Part shown: positions 39,001 through 50,651 of the stretch, one piece after another
Position numbering within the stretch: the stretch's first letter is position 1
How the letters are laid out: every line of letters starts with the position of its first letter
From: Eledone cirrhosa
Lineage: Eukaryota
Direction of reading: 5' to 3'
Assembly (NCBI GenBank): GCA_964016885.1
Contig: OZ024740.1
Coordinates: 441,812,001 to 441,876,000, forward strand
Length of the DNA: 64,000 nt
Translations under genes and position numbers: made by a program
The notes under the pieces: generated by a model
The model's database searches: none
The model's input: the letters and a program-made list of their open reading frames with translations, nothing else
Told to the model about the DNA's origin: nothing

Positions 39001-41722
39001 ATATATTACCACAATATATATACGATATATATTACAACAATATATATACAATATATATTACCACAATATATATACGATATATATTACCACAATATATATA
39101 CGATATATATTACCACAATATATATACGATATATATTACCACAATATATATAGGTTATATATTAATACAATATACATATGAGATATATTCCCACAATATA
39201 TATACGTTATATATTACCACAATATATATACATTATATACTACCACAATATACATACGGTATATATTACCCCAATATATATACGATATATATTACCACAA
39301 TATACATACGATATATATTACCACAATATACATACGATATATATTACCACAATATATATACGTTATATATTACCACAATATACATACGATATATACAACC
39401 ACAATATATATACGATATATATTACCACAATATATATACGTTATATATTACCACAATATACATACGATATATATTACCACAATATACATACGATATATAT
39501 TACCACAATATATATAAGATATATATTACCACAATATACATACGATATATATTACCACAATATACATACGTTATATATTACCACAATATATATACGTTAT
39601 ATATTACCACAATATATATACGATATATATTACCCCAATATGCGTACGATATATATTACCACAATATACATACGTTATATATTACCACAATATACATACG
39701 GTATATATTACCACAATATATATACGATATATACTACCACAATATATATACGTTATATATTACCACAATATATATACGACATATATTACCACAATATACA
39801 TACGTTATATACTACCACAATATACATACGATATATATTACCACAATATATATATGATATATATTACCACAATATATATACGATATGTATTAATACAATA
39901 TACATACGATATATATTACCAGAATATATATACGATATATATTACCACAATATATATCCGATATATACTACCACAATATACATACGAAATATATTACCAC
40001 AATATACATACGATATATATTACCACAATATACATACGGTATATATTACCAAAATATATATACGATATATATTACCACAATATATATACGATATATATTA
40101 CCACAATATATATACGATATATATTACCACAATATATATACGATATATATTACCACAATATACATACGATATATATTACAACAATATACTTACGTTATAT
40201 ATTACCACAATATACATACAGTATATATTACCACAATATATATACGATATATACTACCACAATATATATATGTTATATATTACCACAAATATACATACGA
40301 TATATATTACCACAATATACATACGATATATATTACCCCAATATATATACGATATATACTACCACAATATATATACGATATATACTACCACAATATATAT
40401 ACGATATATGCTACCACAATATATATACGTTATATATTACCACAATATATATACGATATATATTACCACAATATATATACGTTATATACTACCACAATAT
40501 ACATACGATATATATTACCACAATACATATATGATATATATTACCACAATATATATACGTTATATATTACCACAATATACATACGATATATATTACCACA
40601 ATATACATACGATATATATTACCACAATATACATACGATATATACTACCACAATATACATACGTTATATATTACCACAATATATATACGTTATATATTAC
40701 GACAATATATATTCGTTATATATTACCTCAATATATATACGATATATATTACCACAATATATATACGATATATATTACCACAATATACATACGATATATA
40801 TTACCACAATATATATACGATATATATTACTACAATATACATACGATATATATTAATACAATATACATACGTTATATATTACCACAATATATATACGTTA
40901 TATATTACCACAATATACATACGTTATATATTACTACAATATACATACGTTATATATTACCACAATATACATACGTTATATATTACCACAATATACATAC
41001 GTTATATATTACTACAATATATATACGATATATATTACCACAATATACATACGATATATATTAATACAATATACATACGTTATATATTACCACAATATAC
41101 ATACGTTATATATTACCACAATATACATACGTTATATATTACCACAATATATATACGATATATATTACTACAATATACATACGATATATATTACTACAAT
41201 ATACATACGTTATATATTACCACAATATACATACGTTATATATTACCACAATATACATACGTTATATATTACTACAATATATATACGATATATATTACCA
41301 CAATATACATACGATATATATTACTACAATATACATACGTTATATATTACCACAATATACATACGTTATATATTACCACAATATACATACGTTATATATT
41401 ACCACAATATATATACGATATATATTACCACAATATACATACGATATATATTACCACAATATACATACGTTATATATTACCACAATATACATACGATATA
41501 TACTACCACAATATACATACGTTATATATTACCACAATATATATACGATATATATTACCACAATATACATACGATATATACTACCACAATATATATACGT
41601 TATATATTACCACAATATACATACGATATATACTACCACAATATACATACGTTATATATTACCACAATATACAAACGTTATATATACTACCACAATATAT
41701 ATACGATATATACTACCACAAT
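1..41722. repeat. 26-bp tandem satellite array, about 1,600 monomers, open at the left window edge
   Basis: The monomer GATATATATTACCACAATATA(C/T)ATAC repeats continuously to ...TACTACCACAAT at 41722. The ORF track shows a 26-aa period (3 x 26 nt). Main variable sites are CG[A/T/G]TAT, TA[T/C]TACC and ATA[C/T]ATAC. Confidence 0.99.
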
Positions 41723-41759
41723 AACCCTTACGACTCCATCAACAGTTAGGGTTCTATAC

Positions 41760-41820
41760 ATAATTGTTTCTACTTTTGGCACAAGGCCAGCAATTACCCA
41801 GTGTATTACTGGTACTTTAT
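41760..41820 (-). mobile_element. 3' tail fragment of tRNA-derived SINE (family 1)
   Basis: ATAATTGTTTCTACTTTTGGCACAAGGCCAGCAATTACCCAGTGTATTACTGGTACTTTAT is nearly identical to 44299-44360 and 54486-54545. Confidence 0.85.
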
Positions 41821-42104
41821 ATGGTTCTCTACATAATGCTGATAAATTACTAGTGGTGAGTTATCGATGGATGGAATTATTTTGTCGGTGGGGGAAGGGA
41901 GTGAAAAGGTAACAAAAATGAAAAAAGACACGAAATCTTACTTATGGTCAACTTCATCTGCACACGCCAGTAAGGCAATGGACAAAGTCCATATAATAGC
42001 TAATTCGACTTTCATAGTTTAATCTGCAAATAGAAGAAACATTTTTTTTAAGTTTAATGATGTTTGTGTTAGGTTCAACAGGTAAAATATATGCAAGAAA
42101 AATG

Positions 42105-42183
<79 letters not shown>

Positions 42184-42189
42184 GAGAGA
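42105..42189. repeat. (GA)n microsatellite
   Basis: Directly visible, with two small interruptions. Confidence 0.98.
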
Positions 42190-42251
42190 TTAAAGGATCT
42201 CCGTCTGTTTCAATAATGAGTGTTTTAGTTGTTCTGTCAACCGAAAGACTG

Positions 42252-42391
42252 AGAGTTACGGCCCTTTATTGTCTGAGTCCAAATTCCGCCAAGGTTAACT
42301 TTGCCTTTCATCCTTACGGGGTCGATAAAATAAAGTACCAGTAATACACTAGGATAATTGCTGGCCTTGTGCCAAAAGTAGAAATAATTAT
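42252..42391 (+). mobile_element. 5'-truncated tRNA-derived SINE (family 1)
   Basis: Reverse complement of the 44299-44489 and 54490-54673 copies. Degenerate B box GAGTCCAAATTCC and central TTTGCCTTTCATCCTTACGGGGTCGATAAAATAAAGTACCAG domain. Confidence 0.88.
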
Positions 42392-42859
42392 TCCTTCCAG
42401 ACACATTCATAGCCTTTATGTATTTCTCGGTGAGGAGATTCAACGTAACATTGTAAATAACATGACAGGCTCTTTGAATTACAACTAGAGACCATCTGAC
42501 TGGTACAGTCAAAATATCGGAAGCGGCGTTAATATCAGACGATCGTTAAAGAAGAGGGTTATCTTCAACTAAAAATAGAACCAACTCTTATCACCTGGAT
42601 GCGGCCCGGCCCCTTTAGAGTATATGCCGAAAGATTTGCTTGAGGATGAGGGTAGAGGGTTTTTCTCTGAAGACCTGATATCCAGCTCTCCTGAGTTTCT
42701 TATCACTGACTCAAGGAGAATTTACCTCTTACTTTCCTATAATCGCTACCTATGAAGATTTTCCATCATTTGTTGACCTTTTATTGCTTTAATTATTGGC
42801 CTGCAACCATGTTTAGAGACTGTCTACCATACCAAACACCGTATATTCTCTAGCATGTA

Positions 42860-43020
42860 CATTATCGCCTTCGCAAACAGTTGCTTGTCTTCCTGTCCTC
42901 TACATTGAGAACCGTGGTACCGAGGTTTGTGGTCGGGGCGACTAAATTGAAGGCGGAGAACATGTCATATCCCAAATAAAGGATTTATCTCCTTCGAAAG
43001 AGAAGAGAGGAATTCCATAC
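42860..43020 (-). mobile_element. Degenerate fragment of a CRE-like non-LTR retrotransposon restriction-like endonuclease (inverted copy)
   Basis: The minus strand encodes GIPLFSFEGDKSFIWDMTC and aligns by eye with plus-strand 43060-43195 (GACCACAAA..CGGTAC...CAATG.AGAGGA.A.GAAGACAA). It may extend to about 42680. Confidence 0.65.
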
Positions 43021-43054
43021 GATTCTCTCAGATATTTGCCGTCTGACAGTCGCA

Positions 43055-43515
43055 GATATTTCTTTCCATTCGAAGGGGGTAGATCCCTCATCTGAGACGC
43101 CACATGTTGTGACACGTTCTCCACCTCCAACTTAATCGACCACAAAGCCCGGTACTGAGGCCGGCAATGCAGAGGAAAAGAAGACAAACAAATACCGGTG
43201 ATTGACCGACCCCTTCCTCATCTCACCGGTCGTCATCGAGACCTCAGGCGTACTTGGACTCCATATTGCCGAGCTCCTCCGCAAGATTGTCAGCAGCCCG
43301 TCTGGGGGGGAGTTCCCCATGAGGTGGGGTGGCTGCTGCATTGGGTGTCGCTAGACATTGTCTGCGGAAATCATATTGCAGTCTTGTCCGTGGGGTGTAG
43401 CCCCAAAACTGCCGCGCCCTAGGCCAGAGCCCCCCTCTTTCCCCCTCCCATTCTTCTGTGACCCTAGAGCCCTTACCTTTCCCTTATTTTCCTATTTTTA
43501 AATATCAATAAAGTT
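43055..43515 (+). mobile_element. 3' end of a CRE-like non-LTR retrotransposon (restriction-like endonuclease C-terminus plus 3' UTR), pseudogenised
   Basis: Manual translation across frameshifts gives LPFEGGRSLI*DATCCDTFSTSNL / PGTEAGNAEEKKTNKYR*LTDPFLISPVVIETSGVLG / EVGWLLHWVSLDIVCGNHIAVL. This matches the WDxT..DT, AE..K..KY, P..ETxG..G and S..I.RGN pattern of CRE-clade RLE domains. AATAAA follows at about 43508. Confidence 0.8.
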
Positions 43516-43614
43516 ATTATGAGTTGTTGTTTTTTTCAATGGAGAAATAAGCAAACTTAAGCTACAGTATCACAAGTTCCATTGACCCCTATTTCAGCTA
43601 CAGTCGTACCACTA

Positions 43615-43788
43615 TTTCAGCTACAGTATCACAACAGACTAAGTTTCAGCTACAGTATCACAACAGACTAAGTTTCAGCTACAGTATCACAACAGACTAA
43701 GTTTCAGCTACAGTATCACAACAGACTAAGTTTCAGCTACAGTATCACAACAGACTAAGTTTCAGCTACAGTATCACAACAGACTAAG
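43615..43788. repeat. 29-bp minisatellite, 6 perfect copies
   Basis: TTTCAGCTACAGTATCACAACAGACTAAG x6, with partial precursor copies at 43560-43575 and 43590-43604. Confidence 0.97.
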
Positions 43789-44298
43789 GGAATCATCGTC
43801 TGTTAAATTACTGCCAATACCATTCTCTTCCGCTCCTTATAGATTCATATATTTCTGGTTAAATATGAGCTCAGTGAACATTCTGTATTCAAAATAGATT
43901 CATTTGGCGAAAATCATTTTTTTTTTTCATTCAACAGGTTTAAATTGGAACAAGAAAAGAAAATGAAGCAATTAATCCCTTACCTAACAGACGTTAACTT
44001 AAAAAATGTATCCCATCAAATGGAAATTATTTTTAGGTTGGACTTTTTAGAAAACATTATACGCCATCTTGTAAACGAGTAAACACTGATTGCCCTAGTT
44101 ATTTCATTGTCGTATATAATAAGATGGCTGAATGGAGACGGTGTTTTATAAAAAGTAGCTAATAAATTATTTCAAACCCGTTCTAAGCGTTGTCTTGTGT
44201 TTCTGAAAAGACGCGTTACTACATGTGACTGAGTTGACATCGCCTGAAAATGTTCAAACATTTAGATCACGTCTCTAAATAACATACATTCCAACGGT

Positions 44299-44489
44299 AT
44301 AATTGTTTCTACTTTTGGCACAAGGCCAGCAATTATCCCAGTGTATTACTGGTACTTTATTTCATCCCATAAGGATGAAAGGTAAAGTTAACCTCGGCGG
44401 GATTTGAACTCAGACCATTAAGGGCCGTAACTCTTTGCTGCAAAGCATGGCGTCAGACCCTCTACCGATACTGCCAATCCACCGCCCTT
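44299..44489 (-). mobile_element. Near full-length tRNA-derived SINE (family 1)
   Basis: The minus strand starts GGCGGTGGATTGGCAGTATCGGTAGAG (A-box-like) and has B box GAGTTCAAATCCC. Highly similar to 54490-54673. Confidence 0.9.
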
Positions 44490-44789
44490 GCAACTCATTA
44501 TTCCAACAGAATGAGTTGCTTTAATGAATATTGGTGTCTAACTTATGTTAAAATGGCACAAATGAAGATTATGTGGCATGCATGCCTTGCTGATTGCCAT
44601 TTATGGATTTATATAATGACGTTGCCTGAATAGAAAGAGCAGCGCCCATGAGCCTCTGTCGAGATGTGGGAGACTGGTGAGAGGAAATAAAGAGTTTGTC
44701 CTTCAGTCGAAAACCTGATCCGAATGAGACAGAAACAAACACCATAATGCATTGTTTTCTCGATTTACCTATTCTTCCATCTCAAGCAT

Positions 44790-44800
44790 ATACACACGCA

Positions 44801-44869
<69 letters not shown>

Positions 44870-44926
44870 GTACATACACACATGTATATATACATACATA
44901 TATACATACACATATATATATATATA
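44790..44926. repeat. (TA)n/(CA)n compound microsatellite
   Basis: Directly visible. Confidence 0.95.
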
Positions 44927-45639
44927 GGAAAAGAGTAAGGACCCCGACAGCTACATCCGAACTATATATATATATATATGGTGACTGCCAACTCGTTTTC
45001 GAGTACGGCCACTACTTTATATCCATGTAGGAGAACTCCTACCGATGCGCTGAACAAGTGTGACTTTTTAGTCCAGCCAGCGACTTGAAAACTCAGGTAC
45101 AAACACTACACTTGTGACAATTACTGACACATAGTGCTGGGCCCATGGTACCATGTAACGACAAGTGCAGAGATATCTCCAGATATAAAGCAATGCCTGT
45201 GCCGTGAAGCTTTTATAGTGTCAAAGGCACTGCACACAGCCAGTCCCACTCTCTTAACCAAGATGATATTTACCAAAAAGAAGAACAAGTCAACATCATT
45301 GGATACCATCAGGGTTGCAGGTGTTATATCAGAGTTTTCCTTCTCCTAGAATTCTGCCTTGACAAAGGCTAAGGGGTTATCTCTCCCGGTGATTTTGGAT
45401 GGCCATTGTCTCTTAAGAGCTCCTTTGCCCTTTGACAGGTTTTGTTTTTAGTCCTGCAGGATGTCCAAAGTCACCCTCCTCACCAAGAAACCTTGGTGGG
45501 GTTGCCAGTTTAGTCGCCAACGACCCGACCAAGAGACAAGTTGTACTGGGATACATGTTACCAGTAGCACCAACTGGTGACCTGACATATGAGTTTGTAT
45601 ATATATATGCACACACATACACACACACACACACACACA

Positions 45640-45677
<38 letters not shown>

Positions 45678-45701
45678 CACACACTCACGCATTCGTTTAT
45701 T

Positions 45702-45945
45702 GTTTTACTGGTTTCAATGATCTACGGCCATGCTGGGTCATCACTTTCGAGGAGTCCAGTCGATCATATCGACCCCAGTAGCTGGTTGTACCAAACCTGC
45801 AATTTACTCTATCGCTCATGGTAGTAAACATAAATACAGTTACATAGGGCATTGTTCAACCCATGGCAATGGAAGAAGATATTTGCTGAAGGGGTCAAGC
45901 AGGAGGACTGACCTCTAAACCATAGGGTTACAAAATGGCCTCCTT
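45702..45945 (-). mobile_element. Diverged SINE (family 2 tail)
   Basis: The minus-strand tail ACTGGGGTCGAT...CCCAGCATGGCCGTAG...GAAACCAGTAAAA shares the CCAGCATGGC tail motif with 48009-48068 and 59213-59260. Confidence 0.6.
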
Positions 45946-46055
45946 AATATTCTATGGTATCAGCCCTTAACTGTTGATGCAGACGTAGGGTCTATGAAGC
46001 GGAACCCATCCCTCTCCAGGTCTGAACACCAGAGAAAGAGAGAAAAGAGGAAGAA

Positions 46056-46170
46056 TCGACCCCAGTACATTACTGGTACCTTATTTATCGCTCTCGAAAG
46101 GGTGGATGGCAAAGTTAACCTCGGTGCGATTTGAAGGAAGGACACAGAGAGCTAAAACGAATGCCGCAAA
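46056..46170 (-). mobile_element. Diverged SINE fragment related to family 1
   Basis: CCAGTACATTACTGGTACCTTATTTATCG...GGATGGCAAAGTTAACCTCGG matches 54523-54585. Confidence 0.75.
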
Positions 46171-46246
46171 TTATTCTTAATTGGCGGCCAAATATATATT
46201 GCCTGATGAGCCTGTGTAAAACAGGCGAAACTCCGCCAAATATATA

Positions 46247-46292
46247 TTGCCTGATGAGCCTGTGTAAAACAGGCGAAACTCCGGAGTAACAA
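46247..46292 (+). ncRNA. Minimal type I hammerhead ribozyme motif (family A)
   Basis: CTGATGA (46251-57), perfect stem II GCCTGT/ACAGGC, GAAA (46275-78), palindromic stem III ACTCCGGAGT and GTA cleavage triplet (after 46288). Stem I is weak (TTGC/ACAA with a C.A mismatch). A truncated duplicate of the core lies at 46203-46234. Confidence 0.75.
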
Positions 46293-46319
46293 GACTCACT
46301 ATTTAGCCTTAATAAAATG

Positions 46320-46782
46320 AATGTGCGTGTGTATTTATGTGTGTGTGTATGTGTGTATATGTGTGTATGTGTGTATGTGTGTTGTGTGTGTATATGTGTG
46401 TGTATGTGTGTGTATGTATGTGTGTATTTATATGTATGTATATGTATGTATGTGTATGTGTGTAAACAAACAGAGACAGAAACATGGATTCATGCGAACA
46501 ATTTCTAATATATCGATTTTAGTTTCCTTGATACAAAGTTTATTGGAGTGTGTGTGTAGTGGAGTGTGTGTGTGAATATATGTGTGTGTGTTGGAGTGAG
46601 TGTGTGTGTGTGTGAATATATGTGTGCGTATTGGAGTGTGTGTGTGTGTTAATGTATGTGTGTGTGTGTTTGTTGGAGTGTGTGTATATGAGTGTGTGCG
46701 TGTATGTGTGCATGTGTTGGAGTGTGTGTGTATATGACTGTGTGTGTGCATGTGTTGGAGTGTGTGTGTATGCGTGTGTGTC
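46320..46782. repeat. (TG)-rich low-complexity region, partly TTGGAG(TG)n units
   Basis: Directly visible. Confidence 0.9.
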
Positions 46783-46837
46783 TGTTTAAATCGTTCAACT
46801 GATATCAGCAATACGACTGACTTTTTCTCGATACGTG

Positions 46838-46918
46838 TGATCGATATGTTTGATCGATATGTCTGATCGATATGTCTGATCGCTATAAGTGATCGATACG
46901 TGTAATCGATGTGTATCG
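46838..46918. repeat. Degenerate 13-bp tandem repeat GATCGATATGTCT, about 6 copies
   Basis: GATCGATATGTTT GATCGATATGTCT GATCGATATGTCT GATCGCTATAAGT GATCGATACGTGT AATCGATGTG. Confidence 0.85.
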
Positions 46919-46974
46919 TTGCCGTTATCAGCCGAGGTGTCAACCCCAATGACTCAAGACAACGAAAAGACGTT

Positions 46975-47166
46975 ACTTGATCTGCTAGATATCACCACCA
47001 AATCTCTCTCAAATCACACTGAATCGTCTTTATAAAAACAAAAGAGCAAATACGTTATATAATACTGTCCTAGGTACTAAACGGGATGGTCACGGTTGGA
47101 ACTTAATTAGTGAAATCTCTGCTCATTCGGTCAGGCTTGACTCTCGACTAGACGACAATAATAATA
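46975..47166 (+). mobile_element. Probable old SINE 3' half ending in an (AAT)n tail
   Basis: Ends GACAATAATAATA. Resembles, from memory only, an abundant octopus retroposon tail (GATCTGCTAG...CCAAATCTC.CTCAAATCAC...GGGATGGTCACGG). No second copy in the window. Confidence 0.4.
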
Positions 47167-47439
47167 CCGACTGTTCCTATTTTCATACTTAAATATATAT
47201 TTACCCTCACACAGAGACAGACAGACAGATAGATATATCAGAACAAATACTATATCAACGAACCAACATTGCTAAGGTGTGTACTGGAGGATGAAGGAAA
47301 ACAATATATATGTATACATATATATATATATGTGGGGGAGGGGTGGGAGGAATAGAAAGAGAAGGAGAAGGGAATATGAAACTAAATGGCGCGAAGTTGA
47401 AAGTTCCTGATATCTAGCGAAGAACTGATCTTATTGGCT

Positions 47440-47860
47440 GAATTTGTTGAAGTACAATTTGTATTTCTCGGCAATACAGTAGCAACTTGATCAGAAGACG
47501 TGAAAATAGGAGTTTTACTGGGATCTTCAGAATATGGAACAAAGGCCATAGAATCTAGAACGAGGTGGGACACCGTACAGCAGAGTTAACCTATACAACG
47601 CCCTTGATTACCCAGTCGCAACCTCAGAATTGTGAGTCCTAATATTGGAAATGCATTAATTACGTCATCTAGTGATGTCATTACAAGACAGACATAGAAA
47701 TACATCGATTGAGAAGCTCTTGATATCACATACAGCAAGAAGGAAGATACTGAAATGGATCGATCGTGTAATAAGGTCACCCAATAACTAGGTAGTATTA
47801 ACTTTCTGCCAAGGTTTCTCAAACAAAAGACCACGTGGTAGACCACATAAGACATGGTAC
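47440..47860 (+). mobile_element. Highly degenerate RTE-clade LINE fragment (RT C-terminal region)
   Basis: Translatable islands VEVQFVFLGNTV (about 47446), ARRKILKWIDRVIR (47735) and KRPRGRPHKTW (47825) occur in the order of the RTE motifs FxYLGS, RRLRWxGHVxR and RxxGRPxxxW. Confidence 0.7.
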
Positions 47861-48008
47861 TCTCATATCGTCTAATAGTTGAAGACAAGATGTGGTCTAG
47901 CTGGCAGAAGGGGACGAGCTGCCAGAAAAGAAAGGGCAGCAGCAACGAACTCCCTCCTACATCAATGGCCAGACAACACAGGCTGGATATAGAAAGAGAC
48001 GCAATAAG

Positions 48009-48166
<158 letters not shown>

Positions 48167-48241
48167 TATGTACGTTATTCCGGGTTGAATCGGAGGTAAC
48201 CACAGTAAGTAAGGTACTCAATACATAGCAGAGTATAACAG

Positions 48242-48317
48242 TTTTAATATAGATGAGATTCTACAGGACTAGAACTGTTTCATTCATTAGAAATCATCAG
48301 GAATCTGGGTATCAAAA
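48242..48317 (-). ncRNA. Type I hammerhead ribozyme motif (family B), inverted arm copy
   Basis: Reverse complement of 53913-53988. Confidence 0.8.
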
Positions 48318-49018
48318 AATAAATATGGTATTTATAGGTCTCTACAAGTGGTAGGAGAGGGTGGGGAGTGGGATGGGTGCAGGTCATTGGTTGATAGAGA
48401 AGGGAATTCATTAAAAGCTAATTCTACATAGCTATAGTTAATTTATATTTATTTATGTTTTTAGAGTAACAAAGGCAGACAGAATTCTATAAACAGGTTC
48501 TGGATGGCGTACCATTCCTTGTCAATAAGTTTCTCTTGAGCTAGCAGATGTCTATAAAATCAGTGGGGGGTCATTCATGCTCGATAGAATTAAAGGAAAG
48601 GGAGATTCTTTACATTAAGGTTCTGCTAAGTGACAAAGGTCTAGGGAATTCTGCAGACAGATTCAAAATACTGAGTGCATATCTTACTATTATCTTCGAA
48701 CTTCTCTTAAACTAATCAACAATATGCCAAATCAACAGACACATTCACAAAAAAACAAAAAAACCCAATAAAACAAAAAAACCAGAAAAACAAGAAACCA
48801 CACCTAAAAAACAAAAAAACACACATACTCACTCACACACTTACGCGCAACCATAAAGACACACATAAACACATATACACACATAAAAACACACACACAT
48901 ATATAAAAAATATATAAACATATACAAATATAAATATATATTCATGTACACACACATACATACACACATACATACATACATATATAAAATACATATACAC
49001 ACATACATACGCACACAC

Positions 49019-49067
<49 letters not shown>

Positions 49068-49194
49068 TACACATACACATATACACATATATATATACAC
49101 ACACACATATACACACACACACACATACATACATATATATATACACACATACAAATACACACATATATATACAAATATATATACACACATACAT

Positions 49195-49249
<55 letters not shown>

Positions 49250-49371
49250 GATACATACACACATACACATACATACACAGATACACACATATATACACAA
49301 ATAAATACACTCACACGCATACATACAAACACGAGTATACATATGTATAAAATATCTATACACACACACAT

Positions 49372-49434
<63 letters not shown>

Positions 49435-49474
49435 CATATACACACATACAAACACACATATATATACACATATA

Positions 49475-49570
<96 letters not shown>

Positions 49571-49665
49571 TACATATACACACACACATACATATACGTA
49601 CACACATACACACATACGTACAGATATATATATATATATCTCTCTATACATACACATACAAATAC

Positions 49666-49712
<47 letters not shown>

Positions 49713-49896
49713 CATATATATACACATATATATATATGCATATACACATACATACATACATACATATACATACACATACACACATATATACATATATATA
49801 TATATCCATACATACACATGCATACACAGACCTATACATAAATATACACATATATATACAGAGATATAACGCACATATACACACACATATATACAT

Positions 49897-49989
<93 letters not shown>

Positions 49990-50008
49990 TATACATATAC
50001 ACTCGCAT

Positions 50009-50085
<77 letters not shown>

Positions 50086-50196
50086 CATACACACATACAT
50101 ATATATATATATATATACACACACGCGCGCATACACTCATACACACCCCCACACACAAAATATATATACACACACACACACATTCTCTCTCTCATG

Positions 50197-50239
<43 letters not shown>

Positions 50240-50483
50240 ATATATATATATATATATATGTGTGTATGTATATATACACATACAAATACATACACACACA
50301 CACATACACACACACACATATATACACATATACACATATATATATATACATATATATACATATATATATACACACATATATACATATACATACACACAAA
50401 CACATACATATACACATATATACACATATATATATATATACACACACACGCACACATATACACACATACGCACACGCGCACGC

Positions 50484-50516
<33 letters not shown>

Positions 50517-50651
50517 CATATATATATACATATATACATATATATATACATAAATATATACACACACATATATACAAACATACATATACATACACATATA
50601 CATACATATATACATACACACACATACAGATACATATACATACATATATAT

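Noticed and set aside
446-41064. Dozens of long Tyr/Ile/Thr-rich ORFs (up to 1296 aa) as protein-coding genes
   Set aside because: They are translations of a stop-free 26-bp monomer. They overlap in all frames and start or stop at random variants.
1-41722. CRISPR array or telomeric repeat
   Set aside because: There are no unique spacers or cas genes, the context is eukaryotic, and the monomer has no TTAGGG-type G-rich motif.
42057-42344. ORF with poly-(ER) tract
   Set aside because: It is a (GA)n microsatellite read into a SINE.
42667-42720. CTGAAGA as a further hammerhead core (likewise TCTTCAG near 47524 and 54734)
   Set aside because: No properly placed stem II, GAAA or stem I partner.
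43615-43788. CRISPR-like 29-bp repeats
   Set aside because: The repeats are directly adjacent with no spacers.
45250-45590. Possible LINE 5' UTR or other interspersed repeat and its short ORFs
   Set aside because: It looks repeat-like from memory, but there is no second copy, protein motif or terminal structure in the window to support a call.
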